Virus record (IMG/VR): IMGVR_UViG_3300017721_001604
Coordinates: 1-43,817 of that record
DNA: 43,817 bases
Reading direction: 5' to 3' (one strand)
Source: a virus
Lineage: Duplodnaviria; Caudoviricetes
Shown piece by piece: positions 19,412 to 28,903 of the stretch (positions are counted from its first letter, which is position 1; each line of letters begins with the position of its first letter). The position numbers and the translations under genes were made by a program. The notes under the pieces were generated by a model. That model saw only the letters and a program-made list of their open reading frames with translations. It had not been told where the DNA came from and did no database searches.

Positions 19412-22400
19412 TTACTTACCTTTAACTTTTAAACTTGATATATCTATTATACCTATTTCTACCAAATCAGATACGGCCCCTTTTTGCCAAGAAGAAACTG
19501 CAAATCCATATAGGTCCCTTATATCTAGCCATGTAGACTGTCTAGGTCCATCAGATGGAAATATCGACTTAGCAGAAACTTTCGACTCACCGATTTTAAA
19601 AGTAGAGTCATTGTTTTTAATATTTCCATTTTGATCCAAAATTGTATCTGCAAGATTTGAATCTAAACAAACAATCAAATCGGATTTTGCAGATTTATTA
19701 TTATCTGTATTTCCAACAAAAAACTCGTTTCCTTGCAGATTAGACGGTGCAGTTAAACCTCCAAAAGACGCGCTTTCTTCAGATTGCTTTTTTAAAAAAG
19801 ATATTTGCATTAGTATTTTTGATTTTGGTATTGGATTAGGTCTTATAGAGTTCGGAAGTAGCATGGGACTAAGTTTCTTTGTGGGTAGTATTGATTTTTG
19901 AATATTTTTAATATCAGAGTCTATACCTGATCCAGATAAAACCGTAACTTCATCGTCATTAACAATGTCTACCATTTCAGGATTTGAAAACATATCAGCT
20001 ATTACGTTCAATTTTGCCTTTGCCTCTTCAATTTGAGGCCCACTGTCAATTGGTTCAGAGTTTATAAAAATTCTTAACAATAAATATTGTGACTTACCTA
20101 TAAGACTTCCATTTAGATCTATAATCATATTTCCAAATCTCGACTGATTTTCTCCTTTGCTAAGGACATTTTCCTTTGTTGGGGATGATCCAGAAATTAA
20201 AAGTGCAGAGTGAGGCTGAAGAGGTCTGTACTCATCATCACCAACTGGACTTCTGTAGTTTAAAACTTTGTCTTTTAAAGGATCTGTGCTGAATTGCTGA
20301 CCTATAACGTCTAATGGACTTGGAAGGTACATGCCCGGTGGTCTTCCTAAAGATAATGACAAACTTGTATTGAATGTGCTTCCAAAAGAAAATTGATGGT
20401 TTACAGTTTCGACATAGTATATCAAACATTTAGATCTTATAAACACAGAATCTCCCGGCTGGTAAAATTCATTTCCAATAACCGTAACGCTTCCTTTGTT
20501 TATATTTATTCTTTGCTTTTGTAACTGAAATAAGGCATATGGCTTACACTGGCCTTCGGAGTCGCTTAAAAATGGTGCTGAAATATCTTTTGACTTATAG
20601 CCGTACTGCCTCCAAAGATCAAAGTCTGTAGCTCCTGCAAAGAAATAAAGGCCATCCGATATGTTTTGGAGTTTGCCCCCTAGGTTTAAAGGCGCATCTC
20701 CCTTAACTGTAACTCTTGTAAAGTCTGGAGGGTTCTCTGAAAAGTTAGCAGAAATTATATCATGATCCTCTATGATAAATCTTCTTCCAGATCCATATCC
20801 CAGTATGTTCTTAGTGTCGTCATCAATAAGGTGATCATAAACGCTTCCCTTGTATGCGGACTGGTTTAAATAATTAATATGTTCTTTTCTTGATTCTAAA
20901 TTCTCTTTTGTTTTCTCTAAATATGATTCTGCCCCCATGAACAAATCATCTGCAGATCCCTCTTTCTTTTCGTCAAAAATATTTTGAGCTTGCTCTAACT
21001 CATCCTGCTTCTCTCTGTTTCTGCTAAGAATAGTAACAAGCCTATCCCTTGAGGATATAACTTGCTTTAATTTAGAAAGTACGTTTCCGTCACTGACTAA
21101 GGATGAATAAGCTTTTAGCGCGTCATCTTCTCCCTCTGTTTCTTTTGAAAAAATTAAATCAGACTTTTTAAATTTTCTTTTTCTAAGGCCCAATATAGAA
21201 GCGGGATCAATACCTGTTTTCTCTAAGAATGTGTCTCTTATTTGATTTAGGTTGTCAACATTTGAATATTTTCTCGCTGGTGCAAGATTTGGACTAGCAA
21301 CAGTTGTTAGTATATTGTTAAAAACGCTGCTTTTCTCCTGAACAATAGCGTCAAACTCGCCAAGAATGGTTTCTTCATCTCCCATTAAAATTTTTCCATT
21401 TTCTGCAAAACTTATTTGAGACTTCAAAACAAACTGACCTGTTGGTGCATAGTGAGTTTGATTTCTTACACCGTTCAGTCTAATCTTCAGACTGTCAGAG
21501 GGGTCGTCTGCTTTCTCGCTATCTGATCCCACTCCAAAAAAGCTTAAAGAACTTCTGCCGATTAGCTTAATACCCGGTATTAAATTCTTATCTGGAAACC
21601 TGCCGAGCATCAGGGCTGCAAGAACGATTGAAACATTTAAAGATTGTATTTCGTTTGAAAGAGAGGAAACTCTGTTTTCAAAAACTTTTGTTATATATTC
21701 TGGAATATATTTAGTATTCTTTTTACTATCAAGAGTGAGATATTCTCTTAATACGGATAAAGGAGTTTTGTTCCACCCCGGAGGTCTAAACTCAAGGTGA
21801 CCCTGAGAGTTGCAAAAGAATTCAAAATTAATAACATTATTGGCAGCAACACAATTTTGCAATGTATCTATATATTGAGAAGAGAAAAGTTTAAAATTAT
21901 TATTTTTAAACCCTAACAAAAACGGTCTTAGATCTGTGTTGTAATCATATTGGTCAGATATTACAAACAAGTTCTTGTCCCTGTTCAGTCTAACATCTTC
22001 AATCCTTCTCAATGCGCCAACCTTCATCATCGCTCTTGTAAGATTCTCATTTTTTTCTTCACTTTCTTCATCAAGATTTAAGCTTGACTTACCGTTAAAA
22101 AAATTAAAATCAAAAGATATAAGATTTTTTTCCTCAAGAAGTCCTGCATTGGACGCAACGTTGATTTGTTCAGTTATTGTTTTTTCAAGAGAGAATAATT
22201 CTCTTTCCAAAGTTGAAATCAGGATATTGTCTGCCGCATTTATTTCAGGATTATTTATATTAGTCTTAACTTTTCTTATTTGGTTCTGTATCTGCAGTTT
22301 TCTTTTTTGTATTTTTTTCAAATTTCCATTTATAGAATTTCTTAGTGATACATCTGAAATTTGTTTTTGAACCGATCGCCTATTTAAAGTTATAGTTCTG

Positions 22401-24298
22401 TATGGCTTAAAATTTCCATAATAATAATTTTGTTTTTTCAAAGACTGAAGAACAACTGAAAGTGGATCATATGGATTTAGATTTGTGCTGATTGTAGATA
22501 TATTGTGAGCCTCATAAGCTCTCAACAGAAATGTTTCTGTGTTGTAAGGCTGACCTGTTATTAGGATTGACAATATGTTTGCAATATCTAAATTATTTAA
22601 AGTATCATTAGCTGCAGATATGGCGTACTGACGATTAAATATTTTCGTCTCTCTGCTCGAATTACCCGTTGGGTCAGCAGTTTGAAAGTCAGCAACAACT
22701 GTCTGGATACCATTTTTCCATCTGTAAATAAATCCATCAGGATGTTGCAATGCTTTAGTTCCCTTTAAAGATCCGAAATCATTAAAATGCTGCTGAAATA
22801 AGTTCCCCTCTTTTGCATTTTGACCTTTAAAAAGACCTGAATTAAAAGATAATAATCCGGCATCTAAAAGTAATTTGTTTTCTGGCAACAACTCAATACC
22901 TTCAGGATATATCAAATTTCCCAACTCGTCAGTTTTGAATTTAAAAGGAGTTAGTGGGTCGTCCAAAACCCCTACGTAATCTTGCAAGCCTGGTGTTTGG
23001 GCGTATCTTGACCAGGAAAGCCAAGCCATGTTATCGGTAACTGACACGCTCAAAGTATTTTTCCCGCCTCCATAAGACGAACTGGTGCTTTGTACGAAGC
23101 CTCCAAAAACATGTGTCATGTTAAAAGAACTGTCTGCGTGTCTTCTTATTTTTTTATATTCTTCAAAATTGAGCTTGCCTCTGGTGTACAAAAGCCTCTC
23201 TGCTTCTATGACAGACTCATCTAAATCATTTGTGGAATCGTCAAAAGTTAAAGTTTCATCTTCATATCTGTTTAGGTTTTTTCTTGTTGAAATATAATAA
23301 TGAACAGAATCAGCAGGGTTTATATATGGCTTTCCCAAATAAAAAGTCCTCAGCCTTTCTCTACAATACTCTATATCAAAGGTTTTATCCTCATCCCCTA
23401 ATCCTGCAGCATTTAACGCAATTGAAGACAGTTCTGATGAATTAAATGTAGGGTTTTGACCGAAAGAATCCTTCATCGTATTTGATCCATCTACCAGAGA
23501 CTTAAACAAATTAAAAGTTCCATAAAAAGCTTCTTCTATTGCAAAGTTTATGTCTTTTTCTGTAATAGTGGAAAGGTTATAAGGATCTTCTAAAGTTATA
23601 GAAGCACTCTTTGGAGAGGACTGTACACCTGTAGTTATACCAAAAGAAGAAAACATATTTATCTCAATAACACCAGTTCCCGGACCTGTCGAGTAATTCT
23701 CTATATTTGTAGGGTCTACAATCCATGTTGTCAGTTGGTTTTCTAAAGAGAAATAATTTCTTTTTAATAGATCGTAAATGTCAAGCTTCTTACCTTCCAG
23801 ATCCATTAACTTATTTGCCTTCAAAAAGCCCAGAGATGATTCTGACAAGCTACTCGCAGTAGCCTTGTCAAATTCCAATAGAAATCCATATATTAAATTT
23901 AAGTTATGAGAATTATATTCTGAAAAAAAATTGTCAATTTTTGACATAGACTCATAGGCTCTTATCTGCTGAACCTTATATGCGAACAAAGCCTTTGTAG
24001 CCCTCAACAGGAACTTCTCTGACTTATCCATCCATCTTAAATCATTATTAACATTTAAAGTTGAAAATGCTTTCTTCTTTATCAGTATTGATGCCTTTGG
24101 GGTAAGATTTGTTACGTTTGCAACATCTGGTATGTGACTCTCATAAATACCCCGATCCAGGCTTGCTTTGGCTCCAGATTGTAACAGTGGGTTGGTATTC
24201 GGACCAGTCTGCAAAAAAAACGGCTTATTGCTCTTTATATCATTAACTACACTTTTTATTCTATTTCTAGAATAATCAACAAAACTTTTATAACTCAT
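19412..24298 (-). CDS. Baseplate hub protein (gp27/gpD-like), enlarged to 1628 aa with coiled-coil insertions
   Basis: SASITLEDP, HVFGGFVQSTSSSY..LSVSVTD, FEFFCNSQGHLEFRPP and GSVTVIGNEFYQPGDSVFI..YYVETVNHQFSFGSTFNTSLSLSLGR appear in the order expected for gpD/gp27. Confidence 0.8.
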   Translation of the reverse strand: MSYKSFVDYSRNRIKSVVNDIKSNKPFFLQTGPNTNPLLQSGAKASLDRGIYESHIPDVANVTNLTPKASILIKKKAFSTLNVNNDLRWMDKSEKFLLRATKALFAYKVQQIRAYESMSKIDNFFSEYNSHNLNLIYGFLLEFDKATASSLSESSLGFLKANKLMDLEGKKLDIYDLLKRNYFSLENQLTTWIVDPTNIENYSTGPGTGVIEINMFSSFGITTGVQSSPKSASITLEDPYNLSTITEKDINFAIEEAFYGTFNLFKSLVDGSNTMKDSFGQNPTFNSSELSSIALNAAGLGDEDKTFDIEYCRERLRTFYLGKPYINPADSVHYYISTRKNLNRYEDETLTFDDSTNDLDESVIEAERLLYTRGKLNFEEYKKIRRHADSSFNMTHVFGGFVQSTSSSYGGGKNTLSVSVTDNMAWLSWSRYAQTPGLQDYVGVLDDPLTPFKFKTDELGNLIYPEGIELLPENKLLLDAGLLSFNSGLFKGQNAKEGNLFQQHFNDFGSLKGTKALQHPDGFIYRWKNGIQTVVADFQTADPTGNSSRETKIFNRQYAISAANDTLNNLDIANILSILITGQPYNTETFLLRAYEAHNISTISTNLNPYDPLSVVLQSLKKQNYYYGNFKPYRTITLNRRSVQKQISDVSLRNSINGNLKKIQKRKLQIQNQIRKVKTNINNPEINAADNILISTLERELFSLEKTITEQINVASNAGLLEEKNLISFDFNFFNGKSSLNLDEESEEKNENLTRAMMKVGALRRIEDVRLNRDKNLFVISDQYDYNTDLRPFLLGFKNNNFKLFSSQYIDTLQNCVAANNVINFEFFCNSQGHLEFRPPGWNKTPLSVLREYLTLDSKKNTKYIPEYITKVFENRVSSLSNEIQSLNVSIVLAALMLGRFPDKNLIPGIKLIGRSSLSFFGVGSDSEKADDPSDSLKIRLNGVRNQTHYAPTGQFVLKSQISFAENGKILMGDEETILGEFDAIVQEKSSVFNNILTTVASPNLAPARKYSNVDNLNQIRDTFLEKTGIDPASILGLRKRKFKKSDLIFSKETEGEDDALKAYSSLVSDGNVLSKLKQVISSRDRLVTILSRNREKQDELEQAQNIFDEKKEGSADDLFMGAESYLEKTKENLESRKEHINYLNQSAYKGSVYDHLIDDDTKNILGYGSGRRFIIEDHDIISANFSENPPDFTRVTVKGDAPLNLGGKLQNISDGLYFFAGATDFDLWRQYGYKSKDISAPFLSDSEGQCKPYALFQLQKQRININKGSVTVIGNEFYQPGDSVFIRSKCLIYYVETVNHQFSFGSTFNTSLSLSLGRPPGMYLPSPLDVIGQQFSTDPLKDKVLNYRSPVGDDEYRPLQPHSALLISGSSPTKENVLSKGENQSRFGNMIIDLNGSLIGKSQYLLLRIFINSEPIDSGPQIEEAKAKLNVIADMFSNPEMVDIVNDDEVTVLSGSGIDSDIKNIQKSILPTKKLSPMLLPNSIRPNPIPKSKILMQISFLKKQSEESASFGGLTAPSNLQGNEFFVGNTDNNKSAKSDLIVCLDSNLADTILDQNGNIKNNDSTFKIGESKVSAKSIFPSDGPRQSTWLDIRDLYGFAVSSWQKGAVSDLVEIGIIDISSLKVKGK

Positions 24299-24301
24299 AC
24301 T

Positions 24302-25237
24302 TTAACCTCTTCTATTTATCGGCTTGAAAGGAACACCTCTGTTATTTATACTGTCTTCGTCCTGTAAAAATGTTGAAGATAAAGTTAATTCTACAGAATC
24401 CTCATATTGGAAACTTAACTCATCCAGTCTCTGCCCCTCTGTCGGTACCGATGCCTTTTGAGGTTCTCCCGTGCCTTGATTTATAGGGCTTCTATGCCAT
24501 GGCATATAGTTCTTCCGCTCACCTCTTCTTTCCAGAACTGTAAACGATGTCTGGTAGTTAAATATACCCTGTTGAGTCGCCTGCTCTGTTGTTGTGAAAC
24601 CGTCAAAATAACCCCTGTATATCTCTCCTTGATAATATATTTCTATATTAAATGCTAAAGATGCAAGTGAAGGGGAATTTGAGAAGTTTGCATATTCTTT
24701 TCTATTTGGGAGAACAAAGTCTCCCGTCAACACATCTGTTAATGTTTCAGCACCATTTACCAGTCCAGAATACAGCCCGTCTGAAAAAAAGTCTGTAGCC
24801 CCTGCCAAGAAGCCTTGGAAGTCATTTGAGTAGTCTGGTTTTAAATCTTTATTAGATTCTAAAGATGCCTGCCTCGCCTCTTCTCTTAAGGCATATAATC
24901 TTTCATTTAATATTTTTTTAAACTGAATCTGCTCATGTCTGTATATAGATCTCAAAAGATTTATATACTCTATACCTCCAGATCCTGTTGATCCTCCGAT
25001 CTGAATCTTTTGCAGATCTTCTCCCCAATACTGCACATTATATCCGCCTTTTGTAAGCTGAGAGCCTATAATCTTTCTTTCTGTTATATTAAAAGACTCC
25101 GGGTTTAAATATAACTGAATGTATATTCTGCCCTCCCCAACTGCGACAGATCCGTTTTCAAAGCTTCCTTGTGACTTGATACCCTGATTATCTATTGGAA
25201 GACTGATAATCATAGTCTCTCTTTTTATAGGCATCAT
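24302..25237 (-). CDS. Tail tube initiator / distal tail (gpU-like) protein
   Basis: IQLYLNPESFNITERKII..TKGGYNVQYWGEDLQKIQIGGSTG and YQGEIYRGYFDGFTTTEQA..FNYQTSFTV suggest a tube fold. Lies immediately after the tape measure with a 4-nt overlap. Confidence 0.7.
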   Translation of the reverse strand: MMPIKRETMIISLPIDNQGIKSQGSFENGSVAVGEGRIYIQLYLNPESFNITERKIIGSQLTKGGYNVQYWGEDLQKIQIGGSTGSGGIEYINLLRSIYRHEQIQFKKILNERLYALREEARQASLESNKDLKPDYSNDFQGFLAGATDFFSDGLYSGLVNGAETLTDVLTGDFVLPNRKEYANFSNSPSLASLAFNIEIYYQGEIYRGYFDGFTTTEQATQQGIFNYQTSFTVLERRGERKNYMPWHRSPINQGTGEPQKASVPTEGQRLDELSFQYEDSVELTLSSTFLQDEDSINNRGVPFKPINRRG

Positions 25238-27048
25238 GGCCCCCCTATCTGTTCTTTAGAAACTGCCACTATACCTGAAGTTGCATCTAATGCTTCAAAT
25301 AACTTATCAGAATCTCCTTTAAAACTTATTACGACTTCTGTTTTTATATTTGTACTTTCAGATTTAGACTGACCCTGAACCCTTCTGTCTGCACCAGCGT
25401 TATCCTCTATAAACTTAGCTGTTGTATCTTCTAAATCTGACTTAAACATTCTGGTCAAATCCTCTATATTTGTACCCTCTGCCAACTTTTCAGAAAATTC
25501 TTTTTGCTTGTCTGAAAGCGCCTGAATCAGACCTCTTGAGCCTGTCCCTATGGTATCAGCCTGGGATTCTCTAATCGTAATCATTGCCTTGCTAAGTTCG
25601 TTGCCATACGTCATTTGTGCAGAAATTTGATTTAACAGTCTATTTGTCTTCTCGGCCTCACCCAAAGTTTCGTCCTCTCTTTTAAGCTCGTTATCAATCA
25701 TCTCTCCGAACTTTTGAACGCTTTCTTCGTCACCTATAGCTTTGGCCTCATCTAGTCCTTCTAAGAGTTCCAGAGTCCTCTCTGCGGATCTACCACTTAT
25801 ACCAAATTGTGAAAGTAACTGCTCCTGCACATAAAATGTAGACTGAAGCTCTGGAGAATCTGCCGCCTCTTGCAAAGTGACGATTTCACCACCAGTGAAG
25901 GACTCCAATGTCTCCTTTAGAGAATTTGCCATTTCCAAGCCTATTGCAGACTGATCACCTGTGCTTTCAGCTTCGAGTATTCTTGCTCTCATTCCGATTG
26001 AGGCACCTAGCGCACCTCCGCCTGAACCCGTCTCTAAACCCCCTCTCTGTTGTAGCAAAAACATATTCTCATAAGAAGAAGTCATATTAATCATTGAATT
26101 AACAAATGCTCTTGCCTCGCCTGATGCGTTTTTTATACCAAGCCCGACTTTTTGTAAAGACCTCGTAAAACCTTCAAAAATAGGCTGTGCGAAGCCCATC
26201 TTTACACCCATTGACTCAAACCCACTAACAGCTCCTGTTAGGGCGTCTTTTACCGTATCAAACTGAAGTCCGGTTTCCTTTGCAACGTCTGATATCGCGC
26301 CATATTGAGCAATAGCATCTTCAAATGTCATGCCGCTTTTCTGAACGGAGTCTGATAGGAATCTTACAGTTGTGCTTAAGTCTTCACCCGTTGCTCTTGC
26401 GGTCATGAGTGCTGCTTCTTGTTTTGAGGCAGATCTACCCGCCATGTCAAAACTTTCAGTCAACTCTTCTAGTGAAAAACTTTGCTTCATAAACGCCTGT
26501 GTCGCAGCCTCTATTTCTTGAGGAGTTATAAAAAACTCTTCACCTTCATAGGACATCATTTCCATCATCTGCTCTGTAAACTTTTTTGTATCCTCAAAGC
26601 TATACCCCATAGTCTGTCCAAGTCTGCCGAAGTTTCTTTCCAATCTCCTAACTTCTGAAGACGCCTGATCAAACGCTCTAAGCATTGGCATTGTATTCTC
26701 TATTAAGTCTCCAAACTCTTCTCCCATACCCGCAGCGGATGCACCAAAAACACCAAAAGCCTCACCTAGTGGCCCAGACATGTTTGACAATAGTGTTGAG
26801 AAATACTCAACATCTTTGCTCATTGACTCGAAACCTTTCTTTATGCTTTTTGAAGGATCGGAAGAAGATATTCCATCAGACAATTGTTTAAATGCCTTAC
26901 TAAACCTATTACCACTCTTTGCAGCACCAGCCATGCTGTTTTCGATTTCAGCACCCAAATTGGTAAAAATAGCTTTTGTATCTTCAACAGCCTTATTTGA
27001 GTCGCGAAGACTTGATGTTATTTCTCTTAAAGTATCTAAAGCGCCCAT
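25234..27048 (-). CDS. Tape measure protein, 604 aa
   Basis: Helical, Ala/Gly/Ser/Glu-rich. Lies directly downstream of the frameshifting chaperone, the canonical TMP position. Confidence 0.8.
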   Translation of the reverse strand: MGALDTLREITSSLRDSNKAVEDTKAIFTNLGAEIENSMAGAAKSGNRFSKAFKQLSDGISSSDPSKSIKKGFESMSKDVEYFSTLLSNMSGPLGEAFGVFGASAAGMGEEFGDLIENTMPMLRAFDQASSEVRRLERNFGRLGQTMGYSFEDTKKFTEQMMEMMSYEGEEFFITPQEIEAATQAFMKQSFSLEELTESFDMAGRSASKQEAALMTARATGEDLSTTVRFLSDSVQKSGMTFEDAIAQYGAISDVAKETGLQFDTVKDALTGAVSGFESMGVKMGFAQPIFEGFTRSLQKVGLGIKNASGEARAFVNSMINMTSSYENMFLLQQRGGLETGSGGGALGASIGMRARILEAESTGDQSAIGLEMANSLKETLESFTGGEIVTLQEAADSPELQSTFYVQEQLLSQFGISGRSAERTLELLEGLDEAKAIGDEESVQKFGEMIDNELKREDETLGEAEKTNRLLNQISAQMTYGNELSKAMITIRESQADTIGTGSRGLIQALSDKQKEFSEKLAEGTNIEDLTRMFKSDLEDTTAKFIEDNAGADRRVQGQSKSESTNIKTEVVISFKGDSDKLFEALDATSGIVAVSKEQIGGP

Positions 27049-27062
27049 GATCTAACCAATTG

Positions 27063-27473
27063 TTAATCTTTGTCCCTTATTATTTTATGCAAAGGGCTTT
27101 CTAAGTCAAGCTTAGCTATATCTTTATTCTTATTATTAGTATCTTTATATAAAGACTTGGCTAGCGATTTTATATCTGAATTATTAAAAAATTCATCACG
27201 CTTTTCTTTGTTTTTAAATATATCTTCGATATTTTCTGAACTTTTTAAATTTCCGCCCTTCCTAAAAAGCCTAGCCTTCTCTACGGCTTCTCCATTTACA
27301 AAAGACATGCAGTACTCTACAATGTTTAATTTCTCTTCGTAGTCCATAGACAAGTTTTCGGAGTACCAAATTAATTGATGATCAGAAACTCTATCAAAAT
27401 AAGGATCGTCTATAGGTATGCACAAAGCCTTGCATATTTTCCAGCGGAGCCTACTTATAGGCTCCTTTGCTAG
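27063..27473 (-). CDS. Tail assembly chaperone frameshift extension (GT-type T segment), reached by -1 slip; fusion ~280 aa
   Basis: The -1 frame is open from the slippery site: LAKEPISRLRWKICKALCIPIDDPYFDRVSDHQLIWY. It is in frame with the track ORF 27063..27425. Confidence 0.85.
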   Translation of the reverse strand, partial: LAKEPISRLRWKICKALCIPIDDPYFDRVSDHQLIWYSENLSMDYEEKLNIVEYCMSFVNGEAVEKARLFRKGGNLKSSENIEDIFKNKEKRDEFFNNSDIKSLAKSLYKDTNNKNKDIAKLDLESPLHKIIRDKD

Positions 27474-27479
27474 TTTTTT
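27446..27479 (-). other. Programmed -1 ribosomal frameshift signal: slippery heptamer A AAA AAC plus downstream stem-loop
   Basis: Minus strand reads GAA ATA AAA AAC TAG CAAA GGAGCCTA TAAG TAGGCTCC. Heptamer 27479-27473, 7-nt spacer, perfect 8-bp stem with 4-nt loop at 27465-27446. Confidence 0.88.
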
Positions 27480-27904
27480 ATTTCGTCCCCCTTTGCACCC
27501 TTATTCATATCCTCAGTTAGCTTTTCATATGCTTCATAAAGCTTATTAGTTACTGATATTTGCAGAGAATTTACAACTTCAGATTTTGCCATACTTAGGT
27601 TTAAGTCTGTAACTTCTTTATTTTCAAAATTTAATTTTTCAATAACCATCTCGTCGAAAGAAACATTATTTATTTTTGAAATTGACTTTGAAAGAGTTAT
27701 GCCTTTTATATAAGCCAATCTTTGCTGCTCTGGTAGCATTAAGATTTCAGACAAAACCTCTCTAGACATTTTTTCACTTAACGTTTCTATCTCAAAAGAG
27801 AAACCTTGTATCTCTACAGTATTAGACGTCTTTCCTAAGAATATAAGCTTACTCAAAATGCTTTCTCTTTCAAATTGACCCATTGTACTATTAACTTTTT
27901 TCAC
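27470..27904 (-). CDS. Tail assembly chaperone (gpG-like), 144 aa
   Basis: GTG start after GGAG. Helical ~140-aa protein between tube and TMP, ending in the slippery sequence IKN*. Confidence 0.85.
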   Translation of the reverse strand: MKKVNSTMGQFERESILSKLIFLGKTSNTVEIQGFSFEIETLSEKMSREVLSEILMLPEQQRLAYIKGITLSKSISKINNVSFDEMVIEKLNFENKEVTDLNLSMAKSEVVNSLQISVTNKLYEAYEKLTEDMNKGAKGDEIKN

Positions 27905-27929
27905 GAAAACTCCAAACTTTTATTTTTTA

Positions 27930-28805
27930 TTATTCTATATGACCAGTTCCTATAACTTCCCATATCATATGAGACTCTAAGATTCCATTTATTTCTTCAG
28001 AATACACAGTGCCTATTCTGTGTCTAATCAAATGAACTGCCGCCAAAGACCACGTAGGGTATTGAGAGAAGTATTGACCAGGGACAAACATAGATCCTAC
28101 ATCATACTCCATACAAGATACTGCTCCAAGTAGTTGTGAGCCATCTGGTGAGTAAACGGCTACAATTATTTCAAAAAGATCTCCAGATAGAACGGGTATC
28201 CAAGAAAAATTCGTTCCAGACTTTGAAACAACTGCATCGAAAGCATATGATGGATCAACCCACAAAAGTGTATAAGGCTGGATGTCGTCAAACCCCTCTA
28301 TTGACACAAATGCATTCGAGATATCCCCATATTCAGTAAGCACTGTATACGGAGTTTGTCTTTGCACTTGATACTCATATATGTTTGAATTCTGCCAAAA
28401 ACCTTGTCCAGACGGAAATAACTGTAAGTCGTTGAAATATACTGGCTGTGTAGCCTGTAGGGGGTTAGAGCTAACCTGCGTTTCTAATAACTGAGTTGTG
28501 CAGGTGCCAGCCTCAGTCATATAGTCGAAATTACTAGCTGAAGTGGGAGCGTAAAGGTTAAGCTCTGCACTTATACTGAACTCTCCTGATTGGCCAACGC
28601 AAGCTGGACATGCTACTTGTCTGAAATATATTTGTGCAAAGCCAATGTTGAAATCACTCTGAGAATTCTCTGGGATACCTGTATCCTCTACAAGACCAGT
28701 GTCGCTTTCGTTGGCAATAACTTCAGCAAAGGTATCCTGTGTTTTTTCTTGCCTTGTAATTATAGCTATATCGCTACCACAAGAAAGTGATAATAAATAA
28801 AACAA
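27930..28805 (-). CDS. Putative lipoprotein inserted in the tail operon (moron-like), 291 aa
   Basis: TTG start after AGGAG. Short signal MFYLLSLS-C-GSD, DTG-containing acidic linker, CPAC and further Cys residues. Confidence 0.65.
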   Translation of the reverse strand: MFYLLSLSCGSDIAIITRQEKTQDTFAEVIANESDTGLVEDTGIPENSQSDFNIGFAQIYFRQVACPACVGQSGEFSISAELNLYAPTSASNFDYMTEAGTCTTQLLETQVSSNPLQATQPVYFNDLQLFPSGQGFWQNSNIYEYQVQRQTPYTVLTEYGDISNAFVSIEGFDDIQPYTLLWVDPSYAFDAVVSKSGTNFSWIPVLSGDLFEIIVAVYSPDGSQLLGAVSCMEYDVGSMFVPGQYFSQYPTWSLAAVHLIRHRIGTVYSEEINGILESHMIWEVIGTGHIE

Positions 28806-28828
28806 ACTTAACTCCTACTTACTAACTT

Positions 28829-28834
28829 ATTATA
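28829..28834 (-). promoter_or_regulatory. Candidate -10 element (TATAAT) upstream of the lipoprotein gene
   Basis: Perfect TATAAT 23 nt upstream of the start and just downstream of the terminator. No convincing -35, and the context is AT-rich. Confidence 0.3.
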
Positions 28835-28850
28835 CTTTATAAATAGAATT

Positions 28851-28880
28851 AGAAAAAAGAAAAGGCGCATAAATGCGCCA
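28851..28880 (-). terminator. Rho-independent terminator after the tail tube gene
   Basis: Minus strand GGCGCA-TTTA-TGCGCC followed by TTTTCTTTTTTCT, ~25 nt after the tube stop. Confidence 0.85.
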
Positions 28881-28903
28881 TTATTTTTAGAGTGTAAAAG
28901 ACT

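Noticed and set aside
27063-27425. 120-aa ORF as an independent gene with a TTG start
   Set aside because: No well-placed RBS; better explained as the -1 frameshift extension of the chaperone.
28838-28845. T4 late promoter consensus TATAAATA
   Set aside because: It is on the plus strand, opposite to all genes, in AT-rich sequence.
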